Below are positions 1 through 8,642 of a stretch of DNA of 20,197 nucleotides, in pieces. The stretch's first letter is position 1. Each line of letters starts with the position of its first letter. This DNA comes from Promethearchaeota archaeon. GTDB taxonomy: Archaea > Asgardarchaeota > Lokiarchaeia > Sigyniarchaeales > SOKP01. The stretch spans positions 1-20,197 of the forward strand of contig JAEOTP010000086.1 in NCBI GenBank assembly GCA_016839765.1, in the 5' to 3' direction. The notes under the pieces were generated by a model. It saw only the letters and a program-made list of their open reading frames with translations, searched no databases and was not told where the DNA came from. Position numbers and translations under genes: made by a program.

Positions 1-1301
1 AAAAAGTTGCTCAATCATACACAGGTCAAGAACCTGCAGCAATGAGATCTATTCATAATAATTATGATTCATTTAAACAAGTACAAAGTAGAATTCAAGA
101 TTTAGAAGCAATTGGTCATGCTGTTGATAAAATTGAATTAATCATTATGGGAGGAACTTTTTTATCTACAAATTTAAATTACCAAAAAAAATTCATCAAA
201 GGTGCGTACGAGGGAATAATTAATAAAAAAGCCAAGACTTTAGACCAAGCAAAAAGATTAGCGGAAAAATCTAAAAGAAGATTAATAGGCTTAACAATTG
301 AGACAAGACCTGATTACTGTAAAGAAGAACAAGCGGATATGATGCTGAATTTTGGGGCTACGAGAGTTGAAATTGGAGTCCAAACAGTTTTTAATGAAAT
401 ATATGAAATAGTAAATAGAGGTCACACAATTAAAGACACCACTGAAGCTATTAGGATAGCTAAAGATGCAGGTTTAAAAGTCAATGCTCATATAATGCCT
501 AATTTACCTGGTTCTGATTATTCGAATGATATTCAAACCTTCGATATTTTATTTTCAAATCCAGATTTTCGACCAGATATGCTAAAAATATATCCTTGTT
601 TAGTTATAAAAGGTACTGAATTATATAATTGGTGGAAAAATGGAGATTACATTCCATATTCAGATGAAGAATTAATTGATTTAATAGCTAATGTCAAAGA
701 GAAACTACCTCCTTACGTCCGAATTCAAAGAATTATGAGAGATATACCTGCACGTCTAATAGAAGCAGGCTGTAAAAAAAGCAACCTAAGACAATTAGTA
801 CAAGAAAGACTAGCAGAACTCAATCATAAATGTAACTGTATTAGATGTAGAGAATTTGGAATTTCTAAGGGAATAGGAGCTCTAGATGATAATTCTCTTG
901 AGAACGTTTTATTAACTAGATTTGATTATGAAGCCTCTCAGAGTAAAGAAATCTTTTTATCTTATGAAAATAAAGAAGAAAACTATCTAGTAGGATATTT
1001 AAGGCTAAGAAAACCTTCAAAGTTTGCTCACAGGCCGGAATTAAATGATGGAAAAACAATGATAGTCAGGGAAATTAAAGTAGTTGGTGAATTAGTCCCA
1101 AAAGATTTAAAACCAAACCGTTATGCTCAAATTCAGCATCGTGGATTTGGAAAATTATTAATGCAAAATGCTGAAAGAATTTCCTCTCAAGAATTTAACG
1201 CTAAAAAAGTGGCAGTTATAAGCGGAATTGGAGCAAGAGATTGGTTTTATAATTTAGGATATAAATTAAACGGTCCATATGTTTCAAAAACTTTAAAATA
1301 A
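1..1301 (+). CDS. elp3: Elp3-family tRNA uridine(34) acetyltransferase (radical SAM + GNAT), 5'-truncated by the window edge
   Basis: The frame is open upstream of the ATG at 42 and reads KVAQSYTGQEPAAMR, a conserved Elp3 segment. Further motifs: IIMGGTF, IETRPD, RVEIGVQT, PDMLKIYP, RIQRIMRDIP, CNCIRCRE, GYLRLR and QHRGFGKLLM (GNAT motif A). Confidence 0.96.
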   Translation, partial: KVAQSYTGQEPAAMRSIHNNYDSFKQVQSRIQDLEAIGHAVDKIELIIMGGTFLSTNLNYQKKFIKGAYEGIINKKAKTLDQAKRLAEKSKRRLIGLTIETRPDYCKEEQADMMLNFGATRVEIGVQTVFNEIYEIVNRGHTIKDTTEAIRIAKDAGLKVNAHIMPNLPGSDYSNDIQTFDILFSNPDFRPDMLKIYPCLVIKGTELYNWWKNGDYIPYSDEELIDLIANVKEKLPPYVRIQRIMRDIPARLIEAGCKKSNLRQLVQERLAELNHKCNCIRCREFGISKGIGALDDNSLENVLLTRFDYEASQSKEIFLSYENKEENYLVGYLRLRKPSKFAHRPELNDGKTMIVREIKVVGELVPKDLKPNRYAQIQHRGFGKLLMQNAERISSQEFNAKKVAVISGIGARDWFYNLGYKLNGPYVSKTLK

Positions 1302-1319
1302 TTACTTTTAATTTACTTG

Positions 1320-1450
1320 CTTATTATAGATTCGGGATAATGTTGCATGAAAAATTTTCTAGATTTCGCCCTTTTCCCTAGTTCATTTCGTTAAGCCTTA
1401 CTGGCAGGAGTCTCCCATCTAAAAAGATTTTTACCCAATCCTCGACTAAG
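1320..1450 (-). ncRNA. Candidate structured non-coding RNA (family not recognised)
   Basis: GC-richer patch with no ORF. Nested complementarity: 1329-1340 with 1431-1440, 1351-1364 with 1417-1431, and hairpin GCC-N5-GGC at 1395-1405. TATA element TTTATATATAAA at 1466-1477 is spaced to initiate near 1450 on the minus strand. Confidence 0.45.
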
Positions 1451-1797
1451 TTTTATTACTTCAACTTTATATATAAACTAATATGTTATATAAAAAGTTT
1501 AAATATGTCATTTTATTTTTCTTATTCATTAAAATTATTGACTTGAAATAAATTTTAGAAATACGTTTTAACAATAATAACGATTGGGATTGAATTTCTA
1601 CTTAAATTTTAAGGACATTTTCTATTTTCTAATAATTTTTTATAATTAGATTTAATAACTCGAATAAAACAATTCTTAATAAAATGATTAAAATGTATTT
1701 CCAAATATAAAAATGAATCAAAATCTTTAAATTATATTTAAAACTGATATTTCTTTTAATAATTTTATATATAATAAGAATCTACTAAAAGATTGAC

Positions 1798-2886
1798 ATG
1801 ACTTCAAAAAAATTTTTATCTAATAAAAGAACAGCTCAACAAACAATATCAATTTCTCCAGCGTTAAAAGAGTGGATTGAAAGATATGTAAATGTGAATA
1901 GGAAAAAAAACCCCAAAGATTCTAGATTCAGTAGTATATCTTCTTTCTATAATAATATTATGGAAAAGAATATGGAAATCCTTGAACATGGTAAAACACT
2001 CGATGATTTTCAAAGATTTGTAGATAGTGGAACTAGAAACTTCTTTGACCGCATCACTTTCAGAGGTGTGATTCCCTTTCATGAAGATATGGTTAGAACA
2101 CATAGATATACCCACTTGAATTTTAAAAGATTGACAAGTTTTCTATTTGCTGTGAAAAATATATATCTTGAAGGTGTAGAACCCAATGATTACAATAAAC
2201 TTATGGAAAAATTTCAAATAATGAAAAATTTTTTCATAGAAAATAATATAGCAAAAGAAACTCGGATAGAATTCATTACTAAGGGAGATTCAAGATATCC
2301 AAAAGCCATATTTGAATTCATTGGGAACTATAAAAATTTATTCTGGGAAAATTGTAAATTAAATGCTGCCGTATTTGGGATAATAGGAGCAAAAATTACT
2401 GAAGTTATTTATTCAGATAAGGATCTATATTGTAGATTTAACCTTGATAGTACTGATTTAATCTTTAGGAAAGATTTAGCTAAAAAAGAGCGGATTAAGC
2501 TAGTAAATGATAATATGAGTCTTTTAATAAATTATAGACAAATCATTAATGATAAAGACTTCTATTTATGGATGAAATTGGCTGAGGATAAAGGGATTTA
2601 TATTAATTTTAATAATATTGATACACAGAAACGATGGCTAGAATTAATATCTGATGAAATAAAGGAGTTCGGGGAAACAACTGACATTGCATTAGATCTT
2701 CTGAAACTCTTTGAAAAATTGCATTGGATAGATATAGAGAGTGAAAAAGATTTAAGTTTCAGATTTAGATTATCAGAAGAAAAAAATCATGAAGAACTAC
2801 AATTTCTAGTAAATCTCCTTTCAGAATATTCAAAAATAACTCAACTAAACGGAATATACAATTTAGAGGAGATTATTACTTCTTAA
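1798..2886 (+). CDS. Hypothetical protein with probable N-terminal ribbon-helix-helix DNA-binding domain
   Basis: 362-aa ORF. N-terminal QTISISPALKEWIERYV...FSSISSFYNNIME has the beta-strand/helix/helix RHH pattern. The rest is not recognised. Confidence 0.6.
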   Translation: MTSKKFLSNKRTAQQTISISPALKEWIERYVNVNRKKNPKDSRFSSISSFYNNIMEKNMEILEHGKTLDDFQRFVDSGTRNFFDRITFRGVIPFHEDMVRTHRYTHLNFKRLTSFLFAVKNIYLEGVEPNDYNKLMEKFQIMKNFFIENNIAKETRIEFITKGDSRYPKAIFEFIGNYKNLFWENCKLNAAVFGIIGAKITEVIYSDKDLYCRFNLDSTDLIFRKDLAKKERIKLVNDNMSLLINYRQIINDKDFYLWMKLAEDKGIYINFNNIDTQKRWLELISDEIKEFGETTDIALDLLKLFEKLHWIDIESEKDLSFRFRLSEEKNHEELQFLVNLLSEYSKITQLNGIYNLEEIITS

Positions 2887-2986
2887 TAGAACTATTTGGA
2901 AATTTTAAAGAACCTTACTTAATTACATATTTTATCCACAATTCATTATATTATTATTAGAATCATTTTTAAGATTTTGATTTAAA

Positions 2987-4906
2987 ATGGAACATTTTGA
3001 TTATAAAAGCTTAGGGCTAAAATGTGGTTTAGAAATCCATCAACAATTAGATACTGAAAAAAAATTATTTTGTAGATGCCCCACTGTACTTCAAGGTACA
3101 AGGGAACCAGATTTTACAATAAAACGGTATATGAGACCTGTGTTGGGAGAGATGGGCACATTTGATAAAGCTATGCTAACAGAATACGAAAAAGGAATGG
3201 ATATAGTTTATGAGGGATATAATGACGTTATTTGTACTTATGAATTGGATGACACTCCTCCTTTTTCATGTAATCAGGAAGCTCGAAAAATCGCTTTACA
3301 AATTGCATTGCTTTTAAATGCTAATATTATTGAAGAGATGCATGTCTGTAGAAAAAATTATCTGGATGGAAGTGTTCCAAGTGGATTTCAGAGAACTATG
3401 ATTCTCGGAACTGATGGTTTTATAACTTTAGCAAGTGGAAAAAAGATTAGAATAGATATATTAAGTCTGGAAGAGGAGGCTGCTAGGAAGATAAAAACTG
3501 AAACTAAAACTAATTATTTTCGGTTAGATAGATTAGGAATCCCATTGATAGAAGTTACTACTAAACCAGATATATCTCATCCTGATGAATGTAAAGAATG
3601 TGCTGAAAGAATAGGATTACTATTCTGGTCAACTAAAGTAAAGAAAGTTTTAGGTTCTATTCGTCAAGATGTTAACGTTAGCATTAAATCTGGTACAAGA
3701 ATTGAAATAAAAGGAGTCCAAAAATTAAGCTGGATACCTTCATTAATTAATAATGAAATTTCTCGTCAAATTAAATTAATTGAAATTAAAAACGATTTAG
3801 CCAAAAAAAAAATAAGTTCGGATGATATTACTAAAGATTTTATAGATTTATCCGAAAAAGTGAAAAATTCAAAATCAAATTTTATTTCACAGGGATTAAA
3901 ATCTGGAAAGAAATTATACGGGATTAGTTTTAAAGGATTTAAAGGAATTTTTGGAAAAGAATTAATGAAAGACTATAGGTTTGGAACAGAAGTAAGTGGT
4001 AAAGTAAAAATACTAACTGGATTAAAAGGAATCATACATTCTGATGAGAATCTCGAAAATTATGGTATTCCTAAAGAAGAAACTGAAAAGTTTAGAAAAT
4101 CTTTAAAATCTAATCCAAATGATTGCTTTATATTAGTTCTAGGAATAGAAAAAAACGTAAATAAAGCAATAAAAGTAATTATCAAAAGAGTTCAAATGGC
4201 TTTTGAGGGTGTGCCCCCAGAAACGAGGAGAGCGCTTGAGGACGGAACAACAGAATTTTTAAGGGAATTACATGGTGGAGCAAGATTATATCCCGATACA
4301 GATTCTAAAGCTATAATTAATACAACTAGTGAAATCGAAGAAATTAAAAATACTTTACCAAAATACCCTTGGGAAGTTATTAAAGATTATTCGAAAAAAT
4401 ACAATACTGAAGAACGTATGATAAAAGAATTAATTTTTGATGGCAATTTAGCCTTATTTGAAAAATTAATAAAAATTTATCCTGAAAACCCTACAATTAT
4501 ATTTACTACACTTTTAGAAACTACCACAGCATTAAGACGTGAGGGAAAGGATATAGACATAATTTCTGATCAAGATTATTTGGAAATCTTTCAAGAATTA
4601 AAGGATAAGAATATTGGTAAAGAAGCTATTGAGGAAATTATGGCTAGTAAAGCGGATTTTCCTAACTTATCAATAAAGCAAATAAAAGAAAAACTTGAAA
4701 TTGAAAGCATTTCAACCGAAGAATTAGAGAAGATTATTCGAAAAATTCTAGAAAAAAATATACAGATAATAAAAGAAAGGGAAATGAGAGCATTAGGACC
4801 ATTAATGGGAGAAATTATGAAGGAAGTTAGAGGTAAAATAGATGGTTCTATAGTCTCTAAAGAATTAAAAAATCAATTAGAAAATAAATTGAAGGAGCTG
4901 AAATAA
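2987..4906 (+). CDS. gatE: Glutamyl-tRNA(Gln) amidotransferase subunit E
   Basis: GLKCGLEIHQQL, KLFCRCP, DGSVPSGFQRT, LEEEAARK, LDRLGIPLIEVTT, IRQDVNVSI, EIKGVQ, GVPPETR, ARLYPDTD and C-terminal YqeY-like LMGEIMKEVRGKIDG. Confidence 0.98.
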   Translation: MEHFDYKSLGLKCGLEIHQQLDTEKKLFCRCPTVLQGTREPDFTIKRYMRPVLGEMGTFDKAMLTEYEKGMDIVYEGYNDVICTYELDDTPPFSCNQEARKIALQIALLLNANIIEEMHVCRKNYLDGSVPSGFQRTMILGTDGFITLASGKKIRIDILSLEEEAARKIKTETKTNYFRLDRLGIPLIEVTTKPDISHPDECKECAERIGLLFWSTKVKKVLGSIRQDVNVSIKSGTRIEIKGVQKLSWIPSLINNEISRQIKLIEIKNDLAKKKISSDDITKDFIDLSEKVKNSKSNFISQGLKSGKKLYGISFKGFKGIFGKELMKDYRFGTEVSGKVKILTGLKGIIHSDENLENYGIPKEETEKFRKSLKSNPNDCFILVLGIEKNVNKAIKVIIKRVQMAFEGVPPETRRALEDGTTEFLRELHGGARLYPDTDSKAIINTTSEIEEIKNTLPKYPWEVIKDYSKKYNTEERMIKELIFDGNLALFEKLIKIYPENPTIIFTTLLETTTALRREGKDIDIISDQDYLEIFQELKDKNIGKEAIEEIMASKADFPNLSIKQIKEKLEIESISTEELEKIIRKILEKNIQIIKEREMRALGPLMGEIMKEVRGKIDGSIVSKELKNQLENKLKELK

Positions 4907-6265
4907 ATGGAAGATAAATTAAAAGGTTATAAAGGAAAAGCCAAGGAATTCCTTAAAAAAAACAAAATTAACATCTGGGATATTATTGTGTTAAAGACAA
5001 AAAAAACTCAATTAGAAGGGATATTATTACCTCGATATGAACATTCTGCTCCAAATCTTATAGAAATAAAACTTGAAAATAATTATAATATCGGAATAAA
5101 TATTAATGAAATTACTGAAATAACAAAAGTCGGAAAAAGGGAAGCAAAGTACAAAATCCCAGAAAAAACATTCCCTAAAAACGACAAATTGCCAAGAGTT
5201 GAATTACTTGGCACAGGTGGAACGGTTGCTTCGAGATTAGACTATACTACAGGAGCAGTTATACCATCATTTACTCCAGGTGAGCTATTCAGTTCTGTCC
5301 CAGAATTAGCAGAAATATGCAATCTTGAATGTGAATTAGTATTTGAAATATTGTCTGAAAATATGAAACCAGAATACTGGCAAAAGTTGGCTGATAAAGT
5401 CAAAGAGGCCGCAAATTCAGGAATAGAAGGGGTTATCATTGGACATGGAACAGATACGATGTCTATCACAAGTGCCGCATTATCGTTCATGTTAAAGAAC
5501 CTATCAATTCCAGTGGTTCTAGTAGGTAGTCAACGGAGTTCTGATCGTCCCTCTTCTGATGCTGCTCTGAATCTAATAAACGCTGCTGTTGTTGCTACAT
5601 ATGATATAGCAGAAGTTGTCGTAACAATGTTAGGATCACCTTCACATGATTATGGATTAATTCATAGGGGAACTCTTGTAAGAAAAATGCATTCTTCTGT
5701 CAGAGATACCTTTCGAACAATAAATGATATCCCATTAGGAATGATTCGAAATCGACAAATTAAAATGTTTAAAAAAGATTATAAAAAGAAAGATAAGCAA
5801 GAAACAATAGCTCTCACGAAATTTGAAAAGAAAATCGCCATAGTTTATTCATATCCCGGTGTTGAGAATGAATTAATTGATTTTTATATAGATAATGGAT
5901 ATAAAGGAATTGTATTTGCTGGGACTGGATTAGGCCATGTGAGTACCACTATTTATAAATCAATTGAAAGAGCGATTCAAGAGGGATTAATTATCTTGAT
6001 GACAACTCAGACGCTACATGGTTTTGTTGGTATGGATGTATATTCCACTGGGAGAGAATTACAAAATTTAGGAGTAATTCCCGGAAAGAATATTCTACCT
6101 GAAGTCGCTTACGTAAAATTAGGTTGGGTCTTAGGACAAACTAATGATAAAAAGCAAATAAAAGAATTGTTACTTCTTAATATAGCTGGTGAATTTATAG
6201 AAAGAGAAATTCCAATTGCATTTAATTATAATATCGATGAACTATTAGAAAAAGGAAAATTATAA
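4907..6265 (+). CDS. gatD: Glutamyl-tRNA(Gln) amidotransferase subunit D
   Basis: Asparaginase-type motifs GTGGTVASRLDYTTG, HGTDTM, GSQRSSDRPSSD, VRKMHSS and GTGLGH. N-terminal IKLENNYNIG domain. Abuts gatE (TAAATG). Confidence 0.98.
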   Translation: MEDKLKGYKGKAKEFLKKNKINIWDIIVLKTKKTQLEGILLPRYEHSAPNLIEIKLENNYNIGININEITEITKVGKREAKYKIPEKTFPKNDKLPRVELLGTGGTVASRLDYTTGAVIPSFTPGELFSSVPELAEICNLECELVFEILSENMKPEYWQKLADKVKEAANSGIEGVIIGHGTDTMSITSAALSFMLKNLSIPVVLVGSQRSSDRPSSDAALNLINAAVVATYDIAEVVVTMLGSPSHDYGLIHRGTLVRKMHSSVRDTFRTINDIPLGMIRNRQIKMFKKDYKKKDKQETIALTKFEKKIAIVYSYPGVENELIDFYIDNGYKGIVFAGTGLGHVSTTIYKSIERAIQEGLIILMTTQTLHGFVGMDVYSTGRELQNLGVIPGKNILPEVAYVKLGWVLGQTNDKKQIKELLLLNIAGEFIEREIPIAFNYNIDELLEKGKL

Positions 6266-6374
6266 ACTTCTTTTACCATTTTATCATAAAAATATTTAGA
6301 GAATGAGAAAAACAATAAAAAATTTAAACTTTCATTAATTACAAAAAAGTAATTTACTATTATCAGTGAATTAT

Positions 6375-7103
6375 ATGGGAAAACGGATATTGGCACAAAG
6401 AAAAGGACATGGAAACTTATGGGCACGTTCTCCAAGTCATCGACATGCAGGGGCAATTAAATATCGCCCATTCAAAGAGAAGGAAAAATTATTAAAATTC
6501 AAAGTAATAGAATTAATTCATTCACCTGGCAGGGGTGCTCCAGTAGCAAAAATCCAATATGAAGATGGTGTAAAAGGATTATGGCTACCACCCGAAGGTA
6601 TCTATGAGGGTGAAGAATTCTTGCAATCTAAGACAGGCTATGGTCAAGAAGTATCAATTGGAAATGTTTTTCCACTTAAGAAAATTCCTATAGGTACTCT
6701 TGTATTTAACGTCGAGGGAACACCTCAGGACGGAGGTAAATTTGCGAGAGCTTCTGGAGTTGCGGCAATTGTAAAAAACAAATCTAAAGGCAATGTAGAA
6801 CTGCTATTCCGTTCGAAAAAAACTAAATGGTTCAATGAAAATTGTCTATGCACGGTAGGAGTTGTCGCTGGAGGTGGAAGAACAGATAAACCCTTTTTAA
6901 AGGCTGGTAATAAATTCCATTATGTAAGATCAAAGGCTAAAAAATGGCCTATCGTTAGAGGCGTAGCTATGGTTGCCGCATCTCATCCATACGGAGGTGG
7001 TGCTAAGCAATCTCCTCATAAACCAACTACAACTTCTAGAAATGCTCCTCCAGGAAGGAAAGTTGGGCAAATAGCAGCAAGAAGAACGGGTTATAGAAAA
7101 TAA
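6375..7103 (+). CDS. rpl2: 50S ribosomal protein uL2
   Basis: MGKRILAQRKG start (ATG 6375 preferred over GTG 6366), HSPGRGAPVA, DGGKFARASG, GVVAGGGRTDKPFLKAG, WPIVRGVAM and APPGRKVGQIAARRTG. Confidence 0.98.
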   Translation: MGKRILAQRKGHGNLWARSPSHRHAGAIKYRPFKEKEKLLKFKVIELIHSPGRGAPVAKIQYEDGVKGLWLPPEGIYEGEEFLQSKTGYGQEVSIGNVFPLKKIPIGTLVFNVEGTPQDGGKFARASGVAAIVKNKSKGNVELLFRSKKTKWFNENCLCTVGVVAGGGRTDKPFLKAGNKFHYVRSKAKKWPIVRGVAMVAASHPYGGGAKQSPHKPTTTSRNAPPGRKVGQIAARRTGYRK

Positions 7104-7185
7104 CCCAGAATTATCTTTCTTATAAATTACTACTTTTAAGTAAATTAATATTTCACTTTAATTAAGTAAGAAAATAAAGGAAATC

Positions 7186-8076
7186 TTATTGACCCTTAAA
7201 ATTTAAGGTTATGTTTTTTAATAATTCTTTATATCTCGAACGTAGTGTTACCTCTGTAACACCAATTATTCGAGATATATCTTTTTGACTTACCTTTACA
7301 TTTCTAAGTTTTGAAACTAAATATAGAGAACCAGCACATAAACCTTTTGGATCTTTGCCAGATATTGATCTCTTATTGATATAATTCTGTAATACACGCA
7401 TTGCCTCTTTTTCAATCTCAATTCCTAAATTTAAATCAGCAGAATAACGAGGTATTAATGATACAGGATCTATGTGAGAAATTCTTAAATTTAATTCCCT
7501 TACTAAAATTTTGTAACATTTTTTTACGATATTATCGCTTATTGAAGCTTCATCCAATATTTCTTGAAGCGTTATAGGCACTCTCTCATCCTTACATGCA
7601 TAATAAGCACAAGCAGCAACCATACCATTAATAGATCTCCCCCTTAATAATTGTCTTTTAAATACCTCCTTATATAACCTGACTGCTGATTTTTTTACTC
7701 TCTCTGGAAAATTTAAATTTCCCCCAATTCTCTTCAATTCAGTAATAGCCATAAGCATATTTCGTTTTTCCCAAGATAGATGTGTATTCCATTTTGCTGC
7801 CCTCCTTAAATCTGGATTTTTAATCTTTGTTCTATCGATTACAGTACTTAAACCAATATCAGGCATTAAAATTGACATTGGTGATCCCGTTCTCTCTTTT
7901 TTATCTTTCTCGTGTTTTGAATATGCCCGAATCCCACTATGATTTATATCTAACCCCCTTTCTCCAACGACTAACCCACATTGCTTACAAACAGTTTCTC
8001 CTCTTTCTTGACTAATAATTGTAGCCCCTCCACATTCAGGGCAAGTATTAGAAACAATATCTATTTCAACAACCAT
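7186..8076 (-). CDS. tfb: Transcription initiation factor IIB (TFB)
   Basis: Zn ribbon CPECG...GETVCKQCGLV, B-reader ERTGSP, two cyclin folds (LLRGRS; GKDPKGLCAGSLY) and C-terminal HTH GVTEVTLRSRYKEL. Confidence 0.96.
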   Translation of the reverse strand: MVVEIDIVSNTCPECGGATIISQERGETVCKQCGLVVGERGLDINHSGIRAYSKHEKDKKERTGSPMSILMPDIGLSTVIDRTKIKNPDLRRAAKWNTHLSWEKRNMLMAITELKRIGGNLNFPERVKKSAVRLYKEVFKRQLLRGRSINGMVAACAYYACKDERVPITLQEILDEASISDNIVKKCYKILVRELNLRISHIDPVSLIPRYSADLNLGIEIEKEAMRVLQNYINKRSISGKDPKGLCAGSLYLVSKLRNVKVSQKDISRIIGVTEVTLRSRYKELLKNITLNFKGQ

Positions 8077-8343
8077 TTTTTTAAAACCTCAACCATATCC
8101 TTTAATTATCCATAAAAAATTTTTTGTCGCTTTTTTCATAGGACTTTGATAACAAAAATTTCTTTTTACACACACAAATTTGTTTTGTTATGATCAAATC
8201 TAGATTTTTTTATATTTAAATGTTATGGTAGTAACTGATAATTTATAAACAAAGTGTTTTAATTCCTTTTTTTACAACAAATTGAGATTTATCGTTATAA
8301 TAAATTATAGTATTATTTAGGTATTAATAAAATGCAGAAAAAA

Positions 8344-8444
8344 TAGCAAAATAACTTTTGCTAACTGTGATTTCACACACAATAGAAGATCTTAATTTTA
8401 CCACATTTTCATTTTATTCACACGAAATCTTCGATTTTGTCGAA
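8344..8444. promoter_or_regulatory. Cluster of short inverted repeats (candidate operators) in the divergent tfb / regulator intergenic region
   Basis: TAGCAAAA-taac-TTTTGCTA (8344-8363), TGTGA-tt-TCACA (8366-8377) and TTCGA-ttttg-TCGAA (8430-8444). Confidence 0.4.
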
Positions 8445-8642
8445 TTTTTATAAGGAAATTTTTTTCAGAAAATATTAAATAATTGTAGTTATACTTATGT
8501 GTTGTTAGAACTAGTTTAGTGGTAAAAATTTTTTTGTTAAAATATCCTCCATAAAGGTGAATAATAAATCACTAAGGCACCACATAAGTCTAATAACAGG
8601 GAAAAGGGTAAAGAGAAAGATTTAGATAAATCACAAAAGGAA

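Noticed and set aside
1329-1440. SECIS element or known riboswitch downstream of elp3
   Set aside because: ATGA is present but has no correctly apposed GA quartet, there is no in-frame TGA in the visible elp3, and no complete riboswitch consensus (c-di-GMP, c-di-AMP, Moco, glycine, fluoride) is matched.
8500-8600. H/ACA guide RNA ending in ACA at 8596-8598
   Set aside because: The ACA-to-upper-stem distance is about 20 nt rather than 14-16, and there is no clear K-turn.
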